64,000 bases of DNA from a virus (Duplodnaviria > Caudoviricetes). A program made the translations under genes and the position numbers. This document shows, piece after piece, positions 1-8,788 of this stretch. Numbering within the stretch: position 1 is the stretch's first letter; the number at the start of each line of letters is the position of its first letter. The stretch lies in IMG/VR virus record IMGVR_UViG_3300047160_009226, positions 64,001 through 128,000 of that record; one strand, given 5' to 3'. The notes beneath the pieces are model-generated. The model was given only the letters and a program-made list of their open reading frames with translations. It ran no database searches and was not told the DNA's origin.

Positions 1-339
1 TACTTCTAGCTCCAACAAAAGTAACTTTATGATCATCTTTCTGGATTTGAAATTTTCCTGGATCATTAGTGACAATATAGAAATGAATATCCAACAATTT
101 CTGTCCTTGTAAGACCCAATACTGACCCATAACATCAACCGCACCGTCTATAAGAATTACATCACACTGATAAGATCTATTATTTCCGATGATTTTCCAG
201 AAAGCCTCACGCCCTTCACCTATTCCATATGTAAAATAATGCTCTTCAGCCCCTCCACTTTCTCCTCTGTCGATAGCATCCTTGACATCTTGATTAACTT
301 CCAAATATTTCTCTGCATCAAAAACAGAGTTAATCGTCC
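1..339 (-). CDS. Partial CDS (C-terminus runs off the window), protein with FDxxxYLxxNxDV...HYxxYGxxEGR repeat motif
   Basis: Not in the supplied track. Manual translation from ATG at 339 is open to base 1: MEPRTINSVFDAEKYLEVNQDVKDAIDRG...EEHYFTYGIGEGR. This motif is common in glycosyltransferase-associated and surface proteins. Confidence 0.7.
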
Positions 340-348
340 TAGGTTCCA

Positions 349-3306
349 TTACTCTCCAACCTCCTCCTGAGGCGGCGAATTCTCCTCACCGAACACTGAT
401 GAAAGTATATCTTCGGGTTCACCCGCAATCTCCTCTGGTGCCCCGGATTCCTCCAAAGGCCCATTCCCCAACGCTTCAGATTCAAGCCCCTCCATCGAGT
501 CCGTAAGCCCCTCGGCAACTTTTTCTACAACCCTCTCACCCGACTCTGGAGGTGCAACTGCTGCCGCAGCTTCCTGCTCATTCAATTTTGACTCGATTTC
601 ATGAATCCTGTCCAAAATTATCTTCTCCATCGCCGCATAACCTTCATCACCTAGTTTACTCTCCAAAAGTTCCAACCGCTGACCACGATACTCGATTCCG
701 GTCTCTGGATTAGTCCAATAAATCGTCTTACTACGTCGCGTCAACATATTCAATGCATCTGCCTGTTCAATCAAACTATCACGAGACAATACCAACTCCA
801 ATAGACCCTCACTAACCACTCCAGTTGTATCCGTAAGCTCCTCTTCTTCTCCTGTATCAACAACTTCCTCTGTCATCCCCAAAACTTGCGCATGAATCTC
901 ATCAGCCTTATCCCATTGGAGCATCTTCTGGAGTGAATCCAGTATTTCTAAACCTTGACGGCCGTGCGTCTGCCCCTTCAATGCTTGAACCAGCTTTTCC
1001 TTCCCAACTACAGAGAACACTTTTCCCTCAGGAAGCTTGATCTCATATGTTCCTTTGCCCTTTGATGTTGTAATGAGTCTTTGAGTAATAGCCATGTCAA
1101 TAATTGTTCTAACTGTATCAATCCCCTCCCCAAACTGAATATATCCCATAGCAGAACGATACGGAGATCCACACTTATTCTTACTCATCGTCATCTTAAC
1201 CATATTAGCAATTGGAATGTCTTCGCGGTCGCCTAACATTGGATTATATACACTAGCCTTGATAACCTTACTCGGACGCAAGTCAATCATCTGCGACGCA
1301 TAAAATTTAAGTGCAAACCCACCTGGCTGATTTTCTCGATCTGATCCCGGAATCCCTACCGTACTCTTCCCTTTCTGTCCATATCCAATTTGGATGTTAG
1401 ATCGAAGTTGATTCAGAAGTAAGAATGTAACTCCATACTTGGCTGCAAACTTCACCCACCTCGCCAGAAGATCTGAAAACATTCTGGCCTGAAGAGCCAC
1501 CTGCGGATTCTCATCGGACTCACGCTCAAAGGCAGCCTTGGGAACCATAGCCGGAATACTGTCGATGATCCAAATAGCAGGGAAGACTTTCTGCTCTTCG
1601 AAAAGCTTAACCAGATTGTCTGCCATCTCGAATTCATCAGATGGGATGAGCAAGAACCTACCATTATGTTTATGAAGTCCCATCTTCCTGGCATAATTCA
1701 CTGCCATTGAATGCTCATAATCCTGGAACACCACAACGGCATTAGGATTATCTGTGAGTTCCTGATTTGCAAGGTGCATGGCCAATGTCGAATTATGGCT
1801 GATCAACCCTCCTGTCGAATAAAGAGACCCAATAGGCACCGAAAGATCTGCCATCGGCACCTCTACACCTGTCGCTTTAGAATACGTCACTCTATCCAGA
1901 TAAGTATATGGAGACGCCATGAGAGAAAGAGTTTGAAAAATACGATCAAAAGTTTTCTTTTTCAGACTCAATGGAAAAAGCAACTCAGCGACTTCCTTAA
2001 GATTTTCCTTTTCTAGATCCTCTACCTCTATACTCTCGGTCTGTTTCTCAAGATATTCCTCTTTGAGTGCCTCCTTAGCCCGTTCCAAAGTCTGTCGAAG
2101 ATAGTCATGGGTTTCAATTCGATCGATAACAGATTCACCCCTCCAATCCGGTGAAATGTCATACCCGCTCCAAAGAATCTGTTGGGCTGTCTGTTGTGCT
2201 AATCGATCCCTCAGAGCGACTTTAAATTTCTCTCGACTGAATGTATCCAAAGATGGATATATAATCGCACGTACTCCAATGTTTTCCAAAACCATGTGCA
2301 AGGTCTTGGCAACATCCTCCGACTCAAGCTCGATCTCCAGATCATACTGAGTCCACACCCCTCGCGTCAATGTCAGCCCGGCACACCAATGTGATTGAGC
2401 CGTCAGAGATGCTGTTCTTATGATTCCAGGGACCAACCTAATAGCTTCTTGGGCCAATTCCGACCACCGACCATCCTGAATCCGAGCCATCCCTGAAAAA
2501 CGCGAAAACTCCACCACATCCTTATCAAAAGGATCGGCAGAGTCATCTCCTGTCATCTCCTTTGCCCACTGACGAACCATCCTAATCTGACTTGGATTCG
2601 TCACCAGCAAGTAAAGTGAGCGATCTCGAGTCTCAATCCCACACAGGGCTCCAAAAAATGATGCCGTAGAAGATTGCTCTATTGTTATCTCTTCATCGTC
2701 AAGAGGAAGTAACCATTGAAAAATTTTATCTGATGGTCCAGTAACCTTCTGTCCTACTGTCTTGACTAACACATTTCCCAACCGCAAATCCCTCAACATC
2801 ACCCAAGCCAAAACTCCACGATCAGTCAGAGATAAGACTCGATGTGTTTTTGATGCAACTAACTCATTTCCGTCTTCAGTAATAACTCGATGACTTTCCA
2901 ATGTTCCCGCGAAATACATAGCATTCGTCTGAACTCGCTCTGACTCAGCATTCGGAACATAAATTGTCAATTCTGCATGTTGATTCGGCTGTACCTCATC
3001 TCCTACAGTATTCCAGTAAAGCTCATTGGCCAGATCCTGCATCCGGATCAAACCTCTCCCATAGACAGGGATAAACGTGCTAAGACATACACACTTTCCC
3101 GATGACTCGGGTCCCTTGACCACAATCACACGCCCGCGGGGAATCCCCCCACAATTAGTAATCCAGTCCAATGAAGGACACTTAGATTTGATAACCGGTA
3201 TATTTTCTTGAGCATCTAGTGAACGCAGTCTACGGTGTTTTGTCAAATATTCTTTGATATTCCCCAAACCGACCGGATGAAACTTAGGCATAGAGTAATA
3301 ACTCAT
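349..3306 (-). CDS. recA: RecA recombinase containing an intein and a long acidic C-terminal extension
   Basis: GGIPRGRVIVVKGPESSGK/S Walker A; IIDSIPAMVP Walker B; LLNQLR; PGGFALKFYASQMIDLR; KNKCGSPY. Confidence 0.95.
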   Translation of the reverse strand: MSYYSMPKFHPVGLGNIKEYLTKHRRLRSLDAQENIPVIKSKCPSLDWITNCGGIPRGRVIVVKGPESSGKCVCLSTFIPVYGRGLIRMQDLANELYWNTVGDEVQPNQHAELTIYVPNAESERVQTNAMYFAGTLESHRVITEDGNELVASKTHRVLSLTDRGVLAWVMLRDLRLGNVLVKTVGQKVTGPSDKIFQWLLPLDDEEITIEQSSTASFFGALCGIETRDRSLYLLVTNPSQIRMVRQWAKEMTGDDSADPFDKDVVEFSRFSGMARIQDGRWSELAQEAIRLVPGIIRTASLTAQSHWCAGLTLTRGVWTQYDLEIELESEDVAKTLHMVLENIGVRAIIYPSLDTFSREKFKVALRDRLAQQTAQQILWSGYDISPDWRGESVIDRIETHDYLRQTLERAKEALKEEYLEKQTESIEVEDLEKENLKEVAELLFPLSLKKKTFDRIFQTLSLMASPYTYLDRVTYSKATGVEVPMADLSVPIGSLYSTGGLISHNSTLAMHLANQELTDNPNAVVVFQDYEHSMAVNYARKMGLHKHNGRFLLIPSDEFEMADNLVKLFEEQKVFPAIWIIDSIPAMVPKAAFERESDENPQVALQARMFSDLLARWVKFAAKYGVTFLLLNQLRSNIQIGYGQKGKSTVGIPGSDRENQPGGFALKFYASQMIDLRPSKVIKASVYNPMLGDREDIPIANMVKMTMSKNKCGSPYRSAMGYIQFGEGIDTVRTIIDMAITQRLITTSKGKGTYEIKLPEGKVFSVVGKEKLVQALKGQTHGRQGLEILDSLQKMLQWDKADEIHAQVLGMTEEVVDTGEEEELTDTTGVVSEGLLELVLSRDSLIEQADALNMLTRRSKTIYWTNPETGIEYRGQRLELLESKLGDEGYAAMEKIILDRIHEIESKLNEQEAAAAVAPPESGERVVEKVAEGLTDSMEGLESEALGNGPLEESGAPEEIAGEPEDILSSVFGEENSPPQEEVGE
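1792..3093 (-). mobile_element. Intein (434 aa) inserted in the RecA P-loop, with a degenerate LAGLIDADG-like domain
   Basis: Begins with Cys immediately after GPESSGK (CVCLST), ends GLISHN, +1 residue Ser. Removing it restores GKSTLAMHL. Confidence 0.93.
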
Positions 3307-3314
3307 AAAAATTC

Positions 3315-3334
3315 AAGCGATGTCAAAATCGCTT
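3315..3334 (-). promoter_or_regulatory. 7-bp hairpin between a GAGGAG Shine-Dalgarno and the recA ATG
   Basis: Minus strand GAGGAGT-AAGCGAT-tttgac-ATCGCTT-GAATTTTT-ATG. Confidence 0.45.
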
Positions 3335-3430
3335 ACTCCTCTCATAATAAAGGATGAACTGATCCCTTTAGAATTACCGTCGGATAAATCGGCTATAATA
3401 AAATACCCAAAATTATCCGAAAAAAATGAC

Positions 3431-4018
3431 CTAAGCCAGCCGATCTAGGATGCCAAGATCAATTAAAACTTGCCTGAATTGAGGGATAAGCACTTGTAAT
3501 ATAACTCGATCATAGTATCCCTTAGATCTAAGCCACATACTTGGATGCGTCATCGGAAAATAGGCCCAACCCGGAAGATGTCTAAACTCTACTTTTTTAC
3601 CTTGAATCACTGATATTGGTGATACATCCCCTGTAATCCTTCGATATGCATCAAAACCAAATGGCATAATAAGTTTAGGCTTGATCTGTGCAATTTCTCT
3701 TTTCAAAAAATCTTCGCAGCAATCGAATACTTCATCTGTCGGACATGGATCTCCTGGACCACCATAACATTTAGACGTATTCGTAATGTAAACTTTATCC
3801 CTGGAGATTCCTGCATCCGAAAAAAACTGATCCAAACGTTTGCCAGCTGGACCGATAAACGGCCTTCCTATCAAATCTTCAGTAGAACCTGGATTCCTGC
3901 CAACGACAAAAAGAGGCGAATCCTCCGGTCCTTCCGGTGGAACCGTCTGAGATTTTCTATCTTTCCAGGGGCAATTCGGACATCCCTGCTTAATTTCATC
4001 AAGCAATGAAATAGTCAT
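3431..4018 (-). CDS. Uracil-DNA glycosylase, family-4-like (Fe-S), with variant motif A
   Basis: CPNC...KC...C iron-sulfur ligands, EDLIGRPFIGPAGKRL, YITN, HPS motif B; motif A reads GRNPG. Confidence 0.88.
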   Translation of the reverse strand: MTISLLDEIKQGCPNCPWKDRKSQTVPPEGPEDSPLFVVGRNPGSTEDLIGRPFIGPAGKRLDQFFSDAGISRDKVYITNTSKCYGGPGDPCPTDEVFDCCEDFLKREIAQIKPKLIMPFGFDAYRRITGDVSPISVIQGKKVEFRHLPGWAYFPMTHPSMWLRSKGYYDRVILQVLIPQFRQVLIDLGILDRLA

Positions 4019-4086
4019 AACACTATTCTTATAGATAACAAAAATATGGATCTCTATTTCTGCTATCTACTTAATGGCTGCTTAAA

Positions 4087-4848
4087 TCAAAAATTAGTCC
4101 AAAAAGATTCAAACTTACGATGTACCATTCCAGTCTCAGGAGCAAGAAAAATCTTTTGCTCTTTTTTAGTCAAAAATTCTTGACTCCAACATCCTTCTAA
4201 ACAAATAGCCCAGAACCGACCACTGTGAACTGCTACAAAGAAAGCATCTGCTTCATGATCCTTGACGCCTTTCCTGATATCACCACTGACCTCATAGTAA
4301 CGCTCTTTGACAATTTTTGGCTTAGTCTGACCTTCATGATGAGCCACAGATTGAAGTTGTGGTGGCTTAAGAGCTACTCCATAATGAGGGATGTGATCTA
4401 TATGTGAAAAAATTTCTGTCGTCTCCTGTCTCTCTCCGTCAGCCCAGCGATTATCAGGGCATCGAGCCAATCTTACTTGACGTAAATTTGTACAGAAGTA
4501 TGGAAAGACAATCCCAAACTGAATCGCCACTCCCCAAGTACATCTCGCTGATCCAACCTCTAACTGCGACTCCATAGCAATGAGTTCTGGCTTATGAATT
4601 GCACAAAGAAGATGCACCTCATCAATTTGATTGATCATTCTCTCATTAACAGTCATCTGATTATCAGTACTGAATGTTCCTCCATCTATTCTCTGGAAAC
4701 ATTTATAAGTGTGTATGCCTGTTCTATCATTCATCCAAGAAGGCGCTTGCTCTTCATTGATCACATTCGGGTCGAAGTTCACTAATACCCACCCCATATT
4801 AGCTAGGGCCGGATCAAACGCCAATATTTTTAAGGGCTCTATACCCAT
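4087..4848 (-). CDS. RuvC-like Holliday junction resolvase
   Basis: ILAFDPALANMGW, IAMES and HEADAFFVA acidic catalytic motifs of the RNase H fold; located in the recA block. Confidence 0.75.
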   Translation of the reverse strand: MGIEPLKILAFDPALANMGWVLVNFDPNVINEEQAPSWMNDRTGIHTYKCFQRIDGGTFSTDNQMTVNERMINQIDEVHLLCAIHKPELIAMESQLEVGSARCTWGVAIQFGIVFPYFCTNLRQVRLARCPDNRWADGERQETTEIFSHIDHIPHYGVALKPPQLQSVAHHEGQTKPKIVKERYYEVSGDIRKGVKDHEADAFFVAVHSGRFWAICLEGCWSQEFLTKKEQKIFLAPETGMVHRKFESFWTNF

Positions 4849-4862
4849 AACCTAAAATATAA

Positions 4863-4897
4863 AAACGAGTCGACCCAAGGAAAAGATCGACCCGTTT
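4863..4897 (-). terminator. Intrinsic terminator after the SSB-like gene
   Basis: 13-bp stem AAACGGGTCGATC/GGTCGACTCGTTT followed by TTATATTTT on the minus strand. Confidence 0.7.
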
Positions 4898-4926
4898 CTT
4901 AACTCCCTCCGTCATCAGATCAGTAG

Positions 4927-5931
4927 TCAGCCTTCCGAGGATGATCCCAGGATGCTTTCCATTCCCTCTTGAGACAAGTCCGGGAATTCCGGAGAGGGAT
5001 TGTGCTCAAGAGCTGTCCGGTTACCATTTCCGGTCACCTCAGTAGCTCCAGAGCCAAGAAGGCCCGCAAAATCAATCTCCTCAGGCATCGTCGTTGCCGT
5101 CGGTGCTCCCTGCTTGCCCTTACCTCCCTGCTGTTGAGCACCCGTTATCATCTCAACGATTTCAGCAATAGTGAAATCTTTGGCGATGAGTTTCGGGAGA
5201 TTGACATACATCTTAGCGGCTTCCTTGATGATCCTTTGCATGACCATCGGATCCTGACGCCACAGAGAAGGGCCAGCCGGAGAGAACTTGGTCCGATCGT
5301 ACAGCCCCTCCTTCTGAGTCCAAACCATGTAATCGTTTTTGATCACTGGATTGGTTCGGCTGTGCTCCTTCCATGCCCGAGTCTTGGCATCATTGATTGA
5401 CCATGGCTTAAGCTCGTATTTGAAGTTGAGCTTATGCCCGCCTCCCACCTCGATCTGTCGATCGGGTGGCAGGATCACCGGTTCGTTTTCGTTGTCAAGA
5501 TCGTACTCCAAAAGTACGAACCCGTAAACGATTTGTGCCGGCTTCTCGATCAGCCCATCTGGAATGCCGTCCTTCCAATAGATGTATCCGACTCCATCGA
5601 TCCAGAACGTCTTGGCTGCTTCAGTTCTGGCGTAAATGATCGTCTTCTTCCCGTTCTCGTCGGTCCAGACCTCCGCCGATGGTGGATTCTTTTTCAGGCT
5701 GTTCGTGAGATTCTCGCGAAGCGCTCTGATGTCCTCGATCTCTTCAATTGCTCTTGCATCCCTAGCTGTGGCCCTCCGTTGCAAATCCTGTGTCGGCACC
5801 AATTGATTCTCATACGCCGTGGCTGGGATATATGCGATTCTCTGTGGCCGTTCCTTAATGCCTGTCACCTTAAAGAATTCGCCGTCTCCCTTGCCCACGC
5901 GCCGATCGTCAAACGAATAGTGTCGTCCCAT
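4927..5931 (-). CDS. Putative single-stranded DNA-binding protein (gp32-like)
   Basis: Aromatic-rich core, flexible Gly/Thr linker and acidic C-terminal tail (EEIDFAGLL...EFPDL); adjacent to ruvC/udg/recA. Confidence 0.5.
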   Translation of the reverse strand: MGRHYSFDDRRVGKGDGEFFKVTGIKERPQRIAYIPATAYENQLVPTQDLQRRATARDARAIEEIEDIRALRENLTNSLKKNPPSAEVWTDENGKKTIIYARTEAAKTFWIDGVGYIYWKDGIPDGLIEKPAQIVYGFVLLEYDLDNENEPVILPPDRQIEVGGGHKLNFKYELKPWSINDAKTRAWKEHSRTNPVIKNDYMVWTQKEGLYDRTKFSPAGPSLWRQDPMVMQRIIKEAAKMYVNLPKLIAKDFTIAEIVEMITGAQQQGGKGKQGAPTATTMPEEIDFAGLLGSGATEVTGNGNRTALEHNPSPEFPDLSQEGMESILGSSSEG

Positions 5932-6014
5932 TGCTATTGCTCCTGATCTAGAAATGAGAGGAAAAACTCGTCATCACGTCTCTAAACTTGCACGTTGCAC
6001 GTCACGTCTGAGTA

Positions 6015-6372
6015 TCCCGAATTCCACACCGCTCGGAATCACACAGTATGTTCAAAAGGTCAAGGTGGTGACAAATTTCATACTGGGCTCAACTTAATCA
6101 CACGCCATCCCCGGACCTTCAAGCGTGTCGCATTACCAGTTACCTGGTCCCCAGTTTTCCTGTTAATTCAGGCACACCACACGGTCCGGCCTATTACGGG
6201 CTTGTACCTTTGCCCTATTCCCCGATCATGAGTTGAGATCATGATCACTGGTTACCCAGTTCTAAACATCAAGGTGGAAGAATACCTGACAGACAGAGAT
6301 GGAAGCGAGGCCAGTTCCCGCGAGGCATCACTCTACTAAAAGCACCTCACCCCATCTCTGCTGTCAGATATT
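6015..6372 (-). ncRNA. Candidate structured non-coding RNA (multi-hairpin, two predicted pseudoknots)
   Basis: Intergenic gap of ~450 bp holding about ten complementary helices, two GUAA tetraloops and two loop-pairing interactions; see finding. Confidence 0.6.
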
Positions 6373-6384
6373 ACGCTTGCTAAA

Positions 6385-7104
6385 TCAATAAGGCACTTCC
6401 TCATCAATGGGAGGAGGAGGTGCGTCAAAATCTTCTTCGAGAGCATCTGGATCATCACTCTCGTCTACTTCTCGTGGAACAACTCCCACATCCACATGTC
6501 CTCGTATATTTCCCTGGTTGCCATTATTCGCCGCTTGTGGTTGTGGGATTCCACCTTTACCATAAATCGCTGCTTCTGTCTCCATCGTTTTCTGTTGCAG
6601 TCGTACTCCAGAATCCAGTTTTCCAAGCTCATCACGTCTATGATCAATGATTCGAAGAAGTGCCTTGAATCTGATAATATCGCTCCTGGCTGTTTTGAGA
6701 TCTTCACTTAACTGAAACTGATTCGTCGGAGTCGATCTCAGAGCAAACTCTGCCTGATGATCACTGACATACCCTTGCTCCACCTGAGTCCAAATATATG
6801 AGTCTCTACTCTTGGCGTTTCTCATTCCAGTCGCATCGGGATCAAAATTTTGATACTCGACATGAGTCCTAAGCTGAACCTCTTCCTCAAGGTCATTGAG
6901 CCACACCTCAGACTCACAAAGAGCCATTTCTACTTTCTCAGACATTTCATTGACGATAGATTTAGCGTCGAGAATCTCAGTGATCTTCTCGGCAATGTAG
7001 CCAGGTCCCATCGTCGTTGGAGTTTTGGACAGATGGATCTTGAGTTTCTCATCAGAAGCCAACCTATCAACATACGCTTTATAATCGTCATCAGAGATCA
7101 TCAC
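6385..7104 (-). CDS. Coiled-coil protein with acidic tail (possibly UvsY-like recombination mediator)
   Basis: Helical heptad pattern, AKSRDSYI segment, acidic C-terminus, position next to ssb/recA; family call is weak. Confidence 0.35.
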   Translation of the reverse strand: MMISDDDYKAYVDRLASDEKLKIHLSKTPTTMGPGYIAEKITEILDAKSIVNEMSEKVEMALCESEVWLNDLEEEVQLRTHVEYQNFDPDATGMRNAKSRDSYIWTQVEQGYVSDHQAEFALRSTPTNQFQLSEDLKTARSDIIRFKALLRIIDHRRDELGKLDSGVRLQQKTMETEAAIYGKGGIPQPQAANNGNQGNIRGHVDVGVVPREVDESDDPDALEEDFDAPPPPIDEEVPY

Positions 7105-7514
7105 GAATTTCCTTGATCAGAGGAAACTTCATTAGCATCAATATGTGTATCTTCCACCATCGATGGTGCCGGTGACGAAACATCCTCGTCTCGATATGAC
7201 ACTTTCCCGTTCATACTATCCTTCAGAAATTGGACCTTCTGCTTATACTTAACAAGAGCATGGCTGGCATTGGCTGGAAGTGTGACGCCCCTCATCTGAG
7301 CATCAGCCATGAGCATGACATGAATTTTCATTCGTAGCTCGAAACCGATGACCTCGGCTTCATTGGGATACCAACCAATCACTTCTGGATTAGGAACAAC
7401 TGTCAGTGTCACCTCTGATCCATCGGAAATCCCTGGTGCATCACGAGTCGGATCAGTCCAATGCTTAAAACTTCCCGTCACAGAGATCGAACTGACGTAA
7501 TACTCAGGCATCAT
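7101..7514 (-). CDS. Hypothetical protein
   Basis: 137-aa ORF coupled to neighbours by overlapping start/stop codons. Confidence 0.7.
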   Translation of the reverse strand: MMPEYYVSSISVTGSFKHWTDPTRDAPGISDGSEVTLTVVPNPEVIGWYPNEAEVIGFELRMKIHVMLMADAQMRGVTLPANASHALVKYKQKVQFLKDSMNGKVSYRDEDVSSPAPSMVEDTHIDANEVSSDQGNS

Positions 7515-7963
7515 ATTTCATTTCTCTTTCGTTCTTGTAAGGCTGCTAGGGTCTGATCACGTTCATGATTCTTCAAAACATTACGATCGCGAATAGTATA
7601 CATCAAGTCTTGCGCCCGAATCAAGACTAATTCCTCAAACGAAAAATCAGCTCCAATCTCCGAGCGGACTACTTCGCCTAATTGTAGGCCAGCCAAAGCC
7701 GCGAAGATCACCACATCGCCCGGCTCCAGTTCAATAGGCTCCCGACCTCCAGTTAAATCCACATAACGTCCTGGTCCTGCCGCGATCACCACGCCAGCCC
7801 CGGCAAAACCTTGAGATGACTTTGAATCCCTCTTGTCTGGAAGAAGAATTCCTCCCGCAGTCTGTCTTAAATTAATTTTATACACGATAACGGCGTCATT
7901 TCGTGGAACAAGAGGACACTTGTCAATGACTCTTTTTATTATCTGCGGATCGAAATCAAGCAT
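7511..7963 (-). CDS. groES: Co-chaperonin GroES (Cpn10)
   Basis: PRNDAVIV...TAGGILLPD...[10 protein letters not shown]...LEPGDVVIF. Confidence 0.9.
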   Translation of the reverse strand: MLDFDPQIIKRVIDKCPLVPRNDAVIVYKINLRQTAGGILLPDKRDSKSSQGFAGAGVVIAAGPGRYVDLTGGREPIELEPGDVVIFAALAGLQLGEVVRSEIGADFSFEELVLIRAQDLMYTIRDRNVLKNHERDQTLAALQERKRNEI

Positions 7964-8756
7964 GAATTTTCACTCCAGTTGTCAACGTCCGCTCTATACT
8001 CCATCCACGACGAAGTCGAACCCTAATCACCTCAACAGGAATCCCTTTAATCTTCGACCATTCTGATCGCGTTCTTTTTTCACCATCATATTCCAGTAAT
8101 ACAGCAGTTGAAAGACTAGCTTCACGTATCTTCTGTTTTGTCTCTTCACTGTGTTTCTTTCCAATGTTTTTTCCGAGCATAGAGCTACTTCTCTTCTGCT
8201 TAGTTTCTTTACTAGGCTTCATTCCAAGATGAGCTTCTCGTATCTTCTGTTTATGTTCTTCACTGAGCTTTTTCCCGAGCTTAGCCTCACGCATTTTCTG
8301 CTTGCTCTCTTCGCTATGCTTCCTCCCGCGATTAGCCTCCGCTATCTTCTCTAATGATTCTTCCGACAGCCGTCCAGATGACGGTCTCAAATTAAATCCA
8401 AATCTCCGGTTTGCCGCCTTAAGTCGATTAATCCATTCATTTTCCAACATGGTCAAGACGTCGGAATTATAAACATACTCCAAGATTCCCCAAACAAAAG
8501 CCTGAGATCCATACTCATTCCATGCCATTTGAAGTCGACGGCAGCGATTTCTGTTTCTATTTAAATTTTTTCTGTGGTCTCCCCATCGTTGACGTAAATT
8601 AACCGTACTCCCAACATACACTCTCTCATCAACCAAACAACGAATCTGATAGATCCCCATCTTGGACTTCTGATCATCCCCCAAAACCCACATCCAGCCT
8701 TCAGGAGTAATGGTCTGACCATCTACGAATACCGTCGGTGCAAAACTTTCTCTCAT
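7956..8756 (-). CDS. Free-standing GIY-YIG homing endonuclease with NUMOD3 repeats and C-terminal HTH
   Basis: [19 protein letters not shown]; [15 protein letters not shown]-type repeats. Confidence 0.9.
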   Translation of the reverse strand: MRESFAPTVFVDGQTITPEGWMWVLGDDQKSKMGIYQIRCLVDERVYVGSTVNLRQRWGDHRKNLNRNRNRCRRLQMAWNEYGSQAFVWGILEYVYNSDVLTMLENEWINRLKAANRRFGFNLRPSSGRLSEESLEKIAEANRGRKHSEESKQKMREAKLGKKLSEEHKQKIREAHLGMKPSKETKQKRSSSMLGKNIGKKHSEETKQKIREASLSTAVLLEYDGEKRTRSEWSKIKGIPVEVIRVRLRRGWSIERTLTTGVKIHA

Positions 8757-8788
8757 AGGATCCTATACCCCGCTGACCCTGGAAAAAA

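Noticed and set aside
6095-6125. RNase P, tmRNA or group II intron identity for the 6-kb RNA
   Set aside because: AAGGTCCGGG only loosely resembles the P4 strand and its partner is upstream; no tRNA-like ends, tag ORF or domain V.
6185-6225. Twister ribozyme or cobalamin riboswitch within the structured RNA (GGTACAAGCCCG, AATAGGG)
   Set aside because: Loop length, P4 pairing and downstream pseudoknot partners do not fit either consensus.
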